A stretch of 52,779 bases of DNA from Candidatus Bathyarchaeia archaeon (GCA_050015395.1 JBEKBM010000022.1:1-52779); one strand, 5' to 3'; numbered from the stretch's first letter, positions 35,978-45,789 are shown. Made by a program: numbers and translations. The notes: a model not told the origin generated them from the sequence alone.

Positions 35978-37078
35978 ATGTACGCTAAGGGAATTGCTGT
36001 TGTTGCTATTACGAGGCGTGGAATAGAAACTGCTCTTAAAATTAAAGAAGCATTAGATAATGCAGGCTTATCGTGCATTGTTTATGCGCCTAAAAAGTAT
36101 AATCAAAACGGCGTAATCCCCCTAGACAAAAAAATAGCTGAATTCATCAAGGACACCTACAGTACAGTGGACGCTTTAGTTGCGGTTATGGCAACAGGCA
36201 TAATTATCCGCGCGGTCGCGCCATATCTTGAAAGTAAACTAATCGATCCAGCAGTTATAGGCGTTGACGCCACAGGAAAATTTGTTATCAGTCTGTTGTC
36301 GGGACATTATGGCGGAGCAAATGAATTAGCAAAAATAATCGCCCAAGGCATAGGTGGCACAGCGGTGATTACTACGGCGTCTGACGTTACTGGCAAACAG
36401 AGCGTTGATGAACTTGCAAGAACTCTGCATTTGACCATACAGAACCCTGAAAGCCTTGTGGCAGTTAACTCTGCAATCGTCAACGGCGACCACTTGGTCG
36501 TAGTATTAATTGGCGATGTAGAAATCCCAACTAACCAGATTGGCTGCTATGAAATTAAGAAGTCGGAAAAAGGCACTCAAGCCTTAGAAATAATTAACAA
36601 CTATGATGCTGGCGTAATAATTACAAGTGAGCCTTTATCTGTTGAGCTTTTGTCAATTGATAAAGTTGTTAAGCCCTTCACAATACTGAAAACTAAACGT
36701 ATAGTCGTCGGGTTAGGGGCAAGGAAAGACTCAAGCGAAGACAGCATGATTAAAGCCGTTGACACTGCTTTGGAACAAGCCCATGTACCCTTAGCCAGTG
36801 TTAACCGTTTCGCCACAGTTGACATTAAACGGAACTCTCCGGCCATGGTAAAAGCTGTGGAACAGTTAGGTAAGCCGCTTGAGTTTTTAAGCGTCGATAC
36901 GCTTCGTTCTCTAAGTCACCAGGACCTTTCGCCTGATTCAAAGATGGTTCAAGAAAAGATTGGTGTTGGAGGAGTATGCGAACGAGCAGCTTTACTAGCA
37001 GCGGGAAAAAACCCAAAGTTAATACTGAAAAAGACCAAGTTCAACGGGGTAACAGTAGCCATAGCCGAGGGCGAATAA
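35978..37078 (+). CDS. cbiG: Cobalt-precorrin-5A hydrolase
   Basis: MATGIIIR, DPAV, LSGHYGGAN, ITTASD, GVCERAAL. Confidence 0.94.
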   Translation: MYAKGIAVVAITRRGIETALKIKEALDNAGLSCIVYAPKKYNQNGVIPLDKKIAEFIKDTYSTVDALVAVMATGIIIRAVAPYLESKLIDPAVIGVDATGKFVISLLSGHYGGANELAKIIAQGIGGTAVITTASDVTGKQSVDELARTLHLTIQNPESLVAVNSAIVNGDHLVVVLIGDVEIPTNQIGCYEIKKSEKGTQALEIINNYDAGVIITSEPLSVELLSIDKVVKPFTILKTKRIVVGLGARKDSSEDSMIKAVDTALEQAHVPLASVNRFATVDIKRNSPAMVKAVEQLGKPLEFLSVDTLRSLSHQDLSPDSKMVQEKIGVGGVCERAALLAAGKNPKLILKKTKFNGVTVAIAEGE

Positions 37079-37806
37079 GCGTAGTCGGCATTGGACCCGG
37101 CAGCTTGGAGCATTTAACGCCTAAAGCTAGAAACGAAATTGAAAACGCCGATGTCATAGTCGGTTACGGCACATACATAAAGTTAATCCAATCAATCATC
37201 AAACCAGATGCTGAAGTAGTTTCTGGAACGATGGGTCGAGAGGTTGAACGAGCCAAAATCGCTGTTTCAAAAGCTTTAGAGAACCACTGCGTCGTGATGG
37301 TTAGCAGCGGTGACCCAGGCGTTTACGGCATGGCAGGAATAGTTCTTGAAGTCGCCGCAATGGAAAAAGCAAATGTGCCAGTTGAGATTGTTCCCGGCGT
37401 TACTGCTGCTACGGCTGCTGCATCAAAGCTTGGAGCGCCACTGGTGAGCGATTTTGCCGTGATTAGCCTTAGTGATTTGTTGACTCCTTGGGAAAAAATT
37501 GAGCGCAGACTAGAAGCTGCTGCAGCGGCTGACTTTGCCATTGTGCTGTATAATCCTAAAAGTGAGGGGCGGATTGAGCCGTTAGCCAAAGCCTACGAAA
37601 TATTTCTCAAGCACATGCGTCCTGAAACTCCCGTGGGCATTGTTAAGCAAGCTGGACGAGACGGGGAAGAAGTCATTATAACCACGCTCGAAGAGATGTT
37701 GGCGGCTGAAATTGACATGGTCACAACGATAATTGTTGGTAATTCGGCAACCAAGGTTGTTAACGGAAAGATGATTACTGCTCGGGGCTATGACCTTTTG
37801 AGTTAA
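36976..37806 (+). CDS. cbiH: Cobalt-factor III / precorrin-3B C17-methyltransferase
   Basis: VVGIGPG, SSGDPGVYGMAG, ISLSDLLTPW, LYNP. Recognisable homology starts at ~37070; start codon uncertain. Confidence 0.92.
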   Translation: MRTSSFTSSGKKPKVNTEKDQVQRGNSSHSRGRISVVGIGPGSLEHLTPKARNEIENADVIVGYGTYIKLIQSIIKPDAEVVSGTMGREVERAKIAVSKALENHCVVMVSSGDPGVYGMAGIVLEVAAMEKANVPVEIVPGVTAATAAASKLGAPLVSDFAVISLSDLLTPWEKIERRLEAAAAADFAIVLYNPKSEGRIEPLAKAYEIFLKHMRPETPVGIVKQAGRDGEEVIITTLEEMLAAEIDMVTTIIVGNSATKVVNGKMITARGYDLLS

Positions 37807-37808
37807 AA

Positions 37809-38690
37809 TCAATGCTTGTTGTTTGCTTCCAATAACTCAACGATTTCTTTTCTTGCTTCTCCAATCGTTAATGGGAACTGCTTATCTGTTGAAAGCTGAT
37901 TTCTCTTGGCTAAAATTTCAAACAGGTGAGTTATTCTTGGAAGTCGCAAGTCCACTTTTCTTATCAATTCTGTTTCTGCAAAGACTTCTTTGGGCGGTCC
38001 TTGCAGAACGATTTGTCCCTTGTTGAGGATGCAGATTTTATCTGCGAAAAGCGGAACTAAATCCACATCATGCGTCGCAATAATCAATGTTAAACCTAAA
38101 TCCTTGTTCAGCTGAAGTAGTAACTTTAGGATCTTGCTTGCTGTTCGCGGGTCAAGGTTAGCCATAGGCTCATCTAGGACCATTATTTCAGGTTTCATGG
38201 CTAACACACCAGCTATGGCTGCTCGTTTTTTCTGTCCTGTGCTAAGGTTTTGAGGAGGCTTGTTTTCTAACTCTGTTATTTCCGTAGCTTCTAAAGCCCA
38301 TTTTACTCGAGCCTTAACCTCGTCAGGTGGTAACCCCAAGTTTACAGGTCCAAAGGCAACGTCCTGACCCACAGTACGCGCAAACAACTGATCATCAGGA
38401 TCCTGAAATACCAAACCAACTTTTTGCCTAACCCAGTCAAGGTCTGCAGTAGCAACCTCCTTTTCTAGGACAAGAACTTTGCCAGAAGTAGGCATCAATA
38501 ACCCATTGAAATGATGCAGTAACGTGGACTTCCCCGCTCCATTCGGACCCAGAATCGCCATGTTCTCGCCTTTCTCAACTGAGAAATTCATTTCAGACAA
38601 AGCTTTTGTTCCGTCGTGATATGTGTAGCACAGATTGATTGTTTCAATTGACTTCAACTTATTTTCTCTCCAAATTATCTTATTCAACAT
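37809..38690 (-). CDS. cbiO: Cobalt ECF transporter ATPase
   Basis: [30 protein letters not shown]. Confidence 0.92.
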   Translation of the reverse strand: MLNKIIWRENKLKSIETINLCYTYHDGTKALSEMNFSVEKGENMAILGPNGAGKSTLLHHFNGLLMPTSGKVLVLEKEVATADLDWVRQKVGLVFQDPDDQLFARTVGQDVAFGPVNLGLPPDEVKARVKWALEATEITELENKPPQNLSTGQKKRAAIAGVLAMKPEIMVLDEPMANLDPRTASKILKLLLQLNKDLGLTLIIATHDVDLVPLFADKICILNKGQIVLQGPPKEVFAETELIRKVDLRLPRITHLFEILAKRNQLSTDKQFPLTIGEARKEIVELLEANNKH

Positions 38691-39500
38691 TTAAAAGAAT
38701 ATTCCAAAGTGAACGCCTCGAAGCGCAAATGCGTCCACCAGAACCATGCTGATACTGGCAATTATTATCAGTGAACCTACAAAGGTATCTTTTTTAGGTA
38801 ATTTCTTTTTCTCTATAGTGAAAAGATTGTACTTTCCAGTATATCCCCTTGAGACCATGGCATTCCCAACCTTAACAGACCGTTCAAACGCTCTTACCAA
38901 AAGTGCACCTGCAATATTGCCATAATTAGCTAGCTTTTTGAAGTAACCTACCGATTTGGAATGGCCGCAACGTGAAGCTTGCGCTCGATACATCCGTGTG
39001 CTTTCCTCAGACAGAATACCGATGTACCTAAACATTAACAACATAGTGTCAATGATTACCGATGGCATCCGGAACCACGCTAATGAATCCATGACCGTCG
39101 TTATCGGAGTTACAAGGATAAGCACGTTCAGAACTGAAACCGCGGAAATACAACGCGTAAACACAAGAACACCAAAGTAAATGCCTTGTGAATAAATAGG
39201 AATCGTTAGCAAGGGAACTCTAGCTATTATCGTTGACCCATAAGTAAAAGGCATAATTACGCCAATAAATGCGATAAGAGAAATCGGTATCAGAAGCCTT
39301 TTACAATAGATTTTCAGCGACGCTCTCGAGTAGATGACCAGCCCAAAACAAACCGCGAAGAAAAGTAGGGGCATATACCAGTGGGTCAAGAAAACAATAC
39401 AGAAAATTGAGATTATGGCGCATAAGAGTTTGATTCTAGCATCTAACCTGTGCAGTGCCGAATGTCCTTCAGTGTACTCTTCAAGGTTCACATACTCCAT
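38691..39500 (-). CDS. cbiQ: Cobalt ECF transporter T component
   Basis: HRLDARIK, MFRYI, AQASR, AMVSRGY. Confidence 0.92.
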   Translation of the reverse strand: MEYVNLEEYTEGHSALHRLDARIKLLCAIISIFCIVFLTHWYMPLLFFAVCFGLVIYSRASLKIYCKRLLIPISLIAFIGVIMPFTYGSTIIARVPLLTIPIYSQGIYFGVLVFTRCISAVSVLNVLILVTPITTVMDSLAWFRMPSVIIDTMLLMFRYIGILSEESTRMYRAQASRCGHSKSVGYFKKLANYGNIAGALLVRAFERSVKVGNAMVSRGYTGKYNLFTIEKKKLPKKDTFVGSLIIIASISMVLVDAFALRGVHFGIFF

Positions 39501-39505
39501 TTATT

Positions 39506-39631
39506 TCAGCTCTGGCTTTTGCGTTTCATTTGTCTAAGTTTTACTGCACGGCCGACAATAAGAAACGTGAAGAAACCTACTGTTGTCAGTATTCCGACTA
39601 ATGGGTCTCCAGCTAGCCATACGGGGATCAT
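39506..39631 (-). CDS. 41-aa single-pass membrane peptide within the cbiMNQO operon (not in ORF track)
   Basis: Manual translation MIPVWLAGDPLVGILTTVGFFTFLIVGRAVKLRQMKRKSQS*. It fills the gap between the cbiN-like gene and cbiQ almost exactly. Confidence 0.7.
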   Translation of the reverse strand: MIPVWLAGDPLVGILTTVGFFTFLIVGRAVKLRQMKRKSQS

Positions 39632-39925
39632 TTAGATTTTCCTCCTCGGCAAGATGTTACTTTTGAATACTGTTGGGAAGATGTAGCCAACTACAAACCC
39701 TCCGGCGCATCCAGCTGAAAAGAAACCCACATATTCGCCGTGAACTCCCCAGTGTTCTATCGTGAAAGGATTATAGTATGTGTCGCCGTTGCCTCCGGCT
39801 GCATCGTTTACTTTGTCGTCAGTTGCAGAGTTGCCTCCAACCTTGTAACCGATATACGCACTAGCCAACATGACCAACACGATTGCGACCATTACAATTA
39901 AGGCGTATTTTACAAATCTATCCAT
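39632..39925 (-). CDS. cbiN: CbiN-like cobalt transport accessory protein
   Basis: Two TM segments with a TDDKV...YYNPF loop; lies between cbiM and cbiQ. Confidence 0.7.
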   Translation of the reverse strand: MDRFVKYALIVMVAIVLVMLASAYIGYKVGGNSATDDKVNDAAGGNGDTYYNPFTIEHWGVHGEYVGFFSAGCAGGFVVGYIFPTVFKSNILPRRKI

Positions 39926-40576
39926 TTATTTCACCAACCACCACTTTAATAGTTCAGGTCTATGATTTGCAATATATTGAATTGCGGCTGCTGTGAAGCC
40001 AAACTCCAAGATTGCCAGCGGAATCTGTGTCGGTAAGTATCCAAGCATGAATATGCCCCACCACGTATACATGTTCGACGGATGAATTGAGATTGCTAGT
40101 TCAAAAGCTGCTGTTACGTAGGTCATGAGGTCGCCCACTACTCCGCCCATGCCGGCTGAAAGCCAGATTGAGGCACCAGCTTTTCTAAATGCCCAGAATG
40201 TTCCGAATCCTGTAAGTGTTCCCACGATTCCCATTGAGAATGTGTTTGCGCCGATTGTTGTTATTCCGCCGTGTCCGATGAACGTTTGGAAGAATAGGGC
40301 GATTGCTGATATTACGATAGTTGGTCCTGGGCCGATTATCATTGCGGCCATGGGGGTTCCGACTGGGTGGGAGCATGAGCCCGTGACTGGTACGGGTATG
40401 TGCCAAACTGAAATTACGAAGACGGCTGCGCCTAAGAGTCCGACCAGGGACATGTATGATGGGTTAAGTTTGCGTCTAGCCGATAACTGTCTTGCTCCTA
40501 CGAACACAAAAACTGCTGCTACTAGATACCAAATTAAGCACCAATACCATGTGAGTATTCCATCTGCAATATGCAT
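39926..40576 (-). CDS. cbiM: Cobalt ECF transporter S component
   Basis: MHIADG N-terminus, PVTGSCSHP, HGGITTIGAN. Confidence 0.95.
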   Translation of the reverse strand: MHIADGILTWYWCLIWYLVAAVFVFVGARQLSARRKLNPSYMSLVGLLGAAVFVISVWHIPVPVTGSCSHPVGTPMAAMIIGPGPTIVISAIALFFQTFIGHGGITTIGANTFSMGIVGTLTGFGTFWAFRKAGASIWLSAGMGGVVGDLMTYVTAAFELAISIHPSNMYTWWGIFMLGYLPTQIPLAILEFGFTAAAIQYIANHRPELLKWWLVK

Positions 40577-40654
40577 CTTGTTTTGTCCTCTCCCTGTTGG
40601 ATGATTCATCCAACTAATCTAATTAACGTTTGCTTAACTAAAGTTGATGTTAGG

Positions 40655-40759
40655 TTGAATAACTTTGCCGAAGAAAAACCAAAACCTCCCTTGCAAAACA
40701 AAGGCGAATTCACCAAATTCCAAATCCTCCTCGAAATCATGCGCAACCAACCTCACATA
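40655..40759 (+). pseudogene. Truncated N-terminus of an archaeal MarR-like wHTH regulator
   Basis: MNNFAEEKPKPPLQNKGEFTKFQILLEIMRNQPHI resembles the recalled 'TKFQILxEIxxxQP' start of an archaeal regulator family; the HTH that should follow is missing. Confidence 0.55.
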
Positions 40760-40813
40760 CCTATGCTATTTCCCTTTTCATGTTATTCAAAAAAAGAGAA
40801 AAGGTTAGGTTTA

Positions 40814-40854
40814 GTTTCCAACGCTTTTAGCGGTTTCCAACGCTTTTAGCGGTT
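40814..40854. repeat. 19-bp perfect tandem duplication
   Basis: gtttccaacgcttttagcg x2, then gtt. Confidence 0.9.
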
Positions 40855-40859
40855 AAGGT

Positions 40860-41369
40860 TTAGCTAGTTTGGAAGAGCGAAGCGGCTAGTTTGGGATTTA
40901 CAGAGATGTTATAGATCGTGATACTGCTGGTAACGCCTGCGCTGGTTGAAGTGTATGTGTAAGTAGTTCCTTTGCCATTCCAGTTGCCAAGAGCGGTCAC
41001 CTCGCCTGTCCACCTTGCGCCCCATGACGACAAGTCAGTTGCCCAAACGTCAGAAGTCCACGTGGTGCCACTATTAAGACTGCTCGAAGCTTTTTGTGTG
41101 CCATAGTTCAAAATAAAACTCATGTTATAAGCCGGATAGTCGATTCGTACAATTAGGTTTGATGTTCCGATATTTTCTCCTGCGAAATTGAGAGTTGTCG
41201 TTGTCCCTGCACTAGTGGCATTAACAGCGAACTGTAAACTAGTTGCTTTTGCAACGCTCACAGTCACAGTCTTAGCTGGTGCCTTATAAGTTAACGCTAT
41301 TGCGGCTGCTGCAACAACAATGATAACAACCAAAACCGCAACAATAATGTATATTGTCTTCTTATTCAT
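40860..41369 (-). CDS. N-terminally anchored Thr/Ser-rich exported protein
   Basis: MNKK plus a hydrophobic helix; beta-rich body with several N-x-S/T sequons. Confidence 0.75.
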   Translation of the reverse strand: MNKKTIYIIVAVLVVIIVVAAAAIALTYKAPAKTVTVSVAKATSLQFAVNATSAGTTTTLNFAGENIGTSNLIVRIDYPAYNMSFILNYGTQKASSSLNSGTTWTSDVWATDLSSWGARWTGEVTALGNWNGKGTTYTYTSTSAGVTSSITIYNISVNPKLAASLFQTS

Positions 41370-41524
41370 TGAATCACCGAATTTTTCTGTCTATCTTATT
41401 AAAATAAAAGTTAATATAAGCTTTTCTAAGCACTTTAAAGCTTGAAAAGAAAAAATTCGGAAATCACGACTTTTTCCAGAGGTATTTATCCTTTATATAG
41501 ATTTTTTTCGAGCGCGGGGGTCTT

Positions 41525-43612
41525 TTACTGTTCAATTGAGATTTTGCTAACTCCAGCCTCTTTTTCAAGAATTACCACATGGTCAGCTTTTGATGCGAAT
41601 GCTTCGCTGTGCGTAACAGCAATGATTTGTTCAATTGCTTTGAATCGGCTTATAGCTTCTGCCAAGCGCTCTATGCTGCCATCTTCGCTTCCCAAGTTCT
41701 CGGTGGGTTCATCAAGCACAAGTATGCTTAAGCCGTGACCAGTGCGTGATTGCATAATCAGCTGTCCTAAACCTAAACGGTAAGCAAACGCCAAAAGCGT
41801 ACGTTCTCCCCCCGAAAGGTTAGAGACTTCACGGTCAACGCCTGTTTCGCTTTTCACGTAAGGCGTGTAAGTTTCATCAATAACAACGTTTAGCATTGGT
41901 GCTTCCTCGCCGACTAAGCCATCAAGCACCTGCTGAACAAAATTACGCAAAACCTTCACAAACTCACTTCGCAGTTTAGGCTGAATACCACGGTAAGCGT
42001 CACGAATGGCACCTAAAACTTCTACGGTTTTACGGATTTTCTCCATGCGTTCAAGCTTTTCCTGAGCAAAATTAATCCGCTCTTTAGTTTCGTCTAAGCG
42101 TTTGAAAAGGTCTTTTTTGCCGTTTTCTTTAGTGCACAAATCGGAGTTTAACATGTAATATTGTCGAAAAGCCTGTTCACGCTGCGCTCGGGCAGCATCG
42201 AGTTCTGATAAATCAAATCTGCTGATTTCAAACTGAACCTGCTCCAGCTGCAAACGCAAATCAGTTTCAAGCTTCTGCTTCTCCTCAAATTCGGTTGATA
42301 GGTTATTTAGGTTGTTTTCTTCTTCACTTAAGCGGTTTTTTAACTCTTCAACTCTTGTCAAACAAGTTTGCAGGTTCGAGTACGCTTCAGCGGCTACAGT
42401 TCTTGTTTTCTGCAGGTTATCAATTTCAATTTTTAATTGATTAATGTTTTTTTCCCGCTCAAAATTTTCTTGCTGGATCCTTGAAAGCAGATTGCTTTTG
42501 TATTCGCCCTCTAATGGTTGCACACAAAGCGGGCACTTACTTTCTTGTGCTAAAGACACAACTCTCTTCTTGTCTGTTTGCAGGTTTCTTGATGTCGCTT
42601 CTTGATCAGCCCTTAAACTGCTGATTTTATCATCAAACGCTGCCAAAGAAGAATGCAGTGTTTCAACAGGCTGATTAATCGGCAAACCTGCTTGCTCAAG
42701 TTTATCTAAGCACACTTTAGCTTGGGCATCAATTGAGTTTTGGCGCTGATGCAAATTATTCAAGATTGTTTTTTTGCCTTCGATTCGTTGAGTTAGGTTA
42801 GCCAAAGTGTTAGCCATGTTAACATTATCAGCATGGAGTCTTGCTTCTTTTCGCTTAAGGTCTTCAATAGCTTGCTTTTTCTCTTCTAGCTTTTTCAGTT
42901 TGGAATCTGCTTCATTCAATGCTTTCTTGGCAACCGTTAACTTTTGCGTTGAGTTCTCAAGATCCATTTCTAAAAGTGCGTATTCTTCACTTGCCCTATT
43001 GTATTCGTTGCTTAGCTTTTCAAGCCCAGTAACGTCTGGGTCTTTCTCGTAAACCCGCTTTTCAGTTTCATAGTCCCGCTGATACTGAGCAATATTGCTC
43101 CACGCGACCTCATAGTCGGACAAACCGAATAGTTCATCCAAACGCCTTTGCCTGTCACGCGGCGCAGCATCCAGTAGCTCTTTGAGGTGTTCTTGCCTAA
43201 ACCATACTATTTCTCGGTAAAGGTCCTTGTCTAAACCTGTGATAGCTTTAAACTGTTCAGTGATGGCGTCTGTTTTCATGCTGGCAACAAGCTTCTCATC
43301 CTCATAGAGTTTGAGTTCTTCAAAATTTTGGGTAATGCTTTTCCCCTTTCTTTTTAATCCGCGTATAAGCTTGTAGGTGCTTCCGTTTTGTGTAAACTGT
43401 ACAGTGACCTTGCCTGAATCCGCGCCTTCACGCAGCAGATATTCAAAACTTCTGCCTATTGAGTCACCGAACAAGGCGAAGTCAACCGCGTATAAAACGC
43501 TGGATTTTCCGCAGCCTAAACCACCAACAAGACAGTTAAAGCCCCGTGTAAATGGCACGGTGGATTTAATGTGGCTGCGAATGTTTTCCAGCTGAACTAT
43601 TTCAATTTTCAT
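41525..43612 (-). CDS. rad50: Rad50-like SMC ATPase
   Basis: Walker A GGLGCGKSS, central CPLC Zn hook, LSGGE, LDEPT; coupled to mre11. Confidence 0.9.
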   Translation of the reverse strand: MKIEIVQLENIRSHIKSTVPFTRGFNCLVGGLGCGKSSVLYAVDFALFGDSIGRSFEYLLREGADSGKVTVQFTQNGSTYKLIRGLKRKGKSITQNFEELKLYEDEKLVASMKTDAITEQFKAITGLDKDLYREIVWFRQEHLKELLDAAPRDRQRRLDELFGLSDYEVAWSNIAQYQRDYETEKRVYEKDPDVTGLEKLSNEYNRASEEYALLEMDLENSTQKLTVAKKALNEADSKLKKLEEKKQAIEDLKRKEARLHADNVNMANTLANLTQRIEGKKTILNNLHQRQNSIDAQAKVCLDKLEQAGLPINQPVETLHSSLAAFDDKISSLRADQEATSRNLQTDKKRVVSLAQESKCPLCVQPLEGEYKSNLLSRIQQENFEREKNINQLKIEIDNLQKTRTVAAEAYSNLQTCLTRVEELKNRLSEEENNLNNLSTEFEEKQKLETDLRLQLEQVQFEISRFDLSELDAARAQREQAFRQYYMLNSDLCTKENGKKDLFKRLDETKERINFAQEKLERMEKIRKTVEVLGAIRDAYRGIQPKLRSEFVKVLRNFVQQVLDGLVGEEAPMLNVVIDETYTPYVKSETGVDREVSNLSGGERTLLAFAYRLGLGQLIMQSRTGHGLSILVLDEPTENLGSEDGSIERLAEAISRFKAIEQIIAVTHSEAFASKADHVVILEKEAGVSKISIEQ

Positions 43613-44814
43613 TTTGTCAGCTCCTCAATGGTTTGCTTGACTTTCTCGTCTTGTTTTCTTGTTAAGGGCTCTATGAGGCGAAGTGCTGAACGTGCGATTT
43701 TGTCAGCTTCTTCGTGGCTATAACGTTCGGAGAAAATCTGCAGAAAATACTCGAAAGCTTTGGTCTTCAAATCTTTAAATTCGCTCTCAAAAATGGACCG
43801 TGCGATTTCGTCTGAAACAGCGGTTTCTTTTAGCAGTACGATTGGGTGAACAAGCAATGCTTTCTCGCCAGCGCTTCGGATTTTACCTATGTCGATTTCT
43901 GCTCGGCTTGCTTCAGCCGGTAAGGTGCCCTTCAAAACAGGAATTATTACTGCTCCTTCAAAGTCAGCGCCTTTTACAAGTTGAGTGGCTAACTCCGTGA
44001 TCTTCCCTGACGCCATACCCGTGAAATCTTGCTCAAAAATAACGAATTTACGAGTGGAAGCTAATTCTATAGATTCTGGATTTACTTCTCCTTTCTCGTT
44101 TACATTGATGTGGAAGAAGCCTTTTTGATACTTGGCTTCTCTGTAATCTGCTGTTTCAGTGCAGCCGCTATACACTAGGGTGCCTGTTTTGAACTTGCCT
44201 AAGTATCGTTCATGCACGTGACCAGCAGCATAGTAGTCGAAGCCGCCTGGCAGTTGTTCGGGTGAAATTTCTGCTTCAATGTATGGTGGCTTAACGCTTG
44301 GCAAATCCACTGCTCCGTGAAAAACAAAAATGTTGCAAACCTTGCCATCGGGCGTTGGAGGGTTTTCCTCCATGAACTTTGGTAGTGCCTCTTCAGTTTT
44401 ATGCTTATTGTGAAAGTTTGGTATGCCATAGACGTAGCAGCAGTCTGGTTTGCGCCAGCATGCGCCGCTGTGTCTTGGCAAATGGTGGATTAATCCTGCG
44501 CTGTCCAATGGGTAGAGGATTGTACCCGTTACTATGTTTGGCGCGGAATCGTGTGAGCCGTCAACCGTTAAAACTGGGATGTCGGCGTCTTTGAGCCGCT
44601 TAAAACTTCGAATAGTGTTTTCCAGAGTAACGTTTGATGGTCTCGCTTGATGGAACAAGTCGCCCGCGATTATCATAAAGTCAGGTTTTAACTCTATTGT
44701 TTTATCCACTACTTCTTTGAATGCGTTGTCGAAGTCTTGCCTTCTAGCTTCGAGTCCATACTGTGCATAGCCTAAATGCAAGTCTGAAGCGTGAACAAAG
44801 CTAAACGGCTTCAA
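43609..44814 (-). CDS. mre11: Mre11 nuclease
   Basis: SDLHLG, AGDLFH, GSHD, AGHVH metallophosphoesterase motifs. Confidence 0.93.
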   Translation of the reverse strand: MKPFSFVHASDLHLGYAQYGLEARRQDFDNAFKEVVDKTIELKPDFMIIAGDLFHQARPSNVTLENTIRSFKRLKDADIPVLTVDGSHDSAPNIVTGTILYPLDSAGLIHHLPRHSGACWRKPDCCYVYGIPNFHNKHKTEEALPKFMEENPPTPDGKVCNIFVFHGAVDLPSVKPPYIEAEISPEQLPGGFDYYAAGHVHERYLGKFKTGTLVYSGCTETADYREAKYQKGFFHINVNEKGEVNPESIELASTRKFVIFEQDFTGMASGKITELATQLVKGADFEGAVIIPVLKGTLPAEASRAEIDIGKIRSAGEKALLVHPIVLLKETAVSDEIARSIFESEFKDLKTKAFEYFLQIFSERYSHEEADKIARSALRLIEPLTRKQDEKVKQTIEELTK

Positions 44815-44970
44815 GTTGACCTGACTCCCTTTTATTCCCCTTTCACTTTGATTAGTGTCTACCTATTTTAAAGCGTTGTTGCATGTTCAAAATTTAGATG
44901 ATTTTTGTTCTTTGGAGGGGAAAAATTTAAACCACTATGTGTATGTTAATGTGAAAGGCGCCTTAATTAG

Positions 44971-45789
44971 ATGAAATGCCAAGTATGCAATCAAGAAACT
45001 CTTCTTCCGTTTCGCTGTCCATTTTGTGGTGGACAGTTTTGTAGTGTTCACCGTTTACCAGAGAACCATGCATGCCCAAGAATTGATTTTGCTCGTTCAC
45101 AAAGACGAGAACAAGTGATTACACCCCAATCGTACAATTCCTATCAGTACAGCTATAATCTCGGTCAGCAACCGAGGCGTAAGAGACAGGTTTCCTCTAG
45201 TCCTAAAGAGCTAAAACACATAAGCGTTGCAACGCTGCTCGTTATCAGTATTGGTTTCTCCATCGGATTGTACGGAAACTATTTTGGAGGCTTCTTACCC
45301 AAATGGACCTGGGATGCAATAGCTGTTTTCGCCGTTATCATGACTGCGTCTTTTTTGGTGCATGAAATAGCGCATAAAATCACGGCTCAAAAAAATGGGT
45401 TATGGGCTGAATTCCGCTTAACAACTTGGGGAGCAGTCTTAACATTAGTTTGCGTATTTCTGCCTTTCAAAATGATTTCACCCGGTGCAATGATGATCGC
45501 TGGTACACCTAATGGTGATGAGATAGTCAAGATTTCCCTTGCTGGACCAGTCACTAACATCATTTTCTCAAGTGCACTTCTTGGATTAGCGTTTGCTTTA
45601 CCATCAAGTTCGTATGTTGGCATGCTGTTTTTTGCCGCTTACATCAACGCTTTCATGGCAATCTTTAATCTGATTCCATTCGGAATTTTGGATGGCTACA
45701 AAATTTTCAGTTTTAACAAGAAGGCTTGGGCTTTAGCTTTCATTCTAAGCCTTGTTCTCACAATAATTACAGTCATTATTATCTTTTAA
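44971..45789 (+). CDS. AN1-type zinc finger + M50 (site-2) intramembrane metalloprotease
   Basis: CQVC...CPFCGGQFCSVHRLPENHAC; HEIAH; AGP; NLIPFGILDG. Confidence 0.9.
   Translation: MKCQVCNQETLLPFRCPFCGGQFCSVHRLPENHACPRIDFARSQRREQVITPQSYNSYQYSYNLGQQPRRKRQVSSSPKELKHISVATLLVISIGFSIGLYGNYFGGFLPKWTWDAIAVFAVIMTASFLVHEIAHKITAQKNGLWAEFRLTTWGAVLTLVCVFLPFKMISPGAMMIAGTPNGDEIVKISLAGPVTNIIFSSALLGLAFALPSSSYVGMLFFAAYINAFMAIFNLIPFGILDGYKIFSFNKKAWALAFILSLVLTIITVIIIF

Noticed and set aside
40577-40860. Cobalamin riboswitch upstream of cbiM
   Set aside because: No B12-box or conserved core was recognisable, and the leader is short and occupied by a gene remnant.
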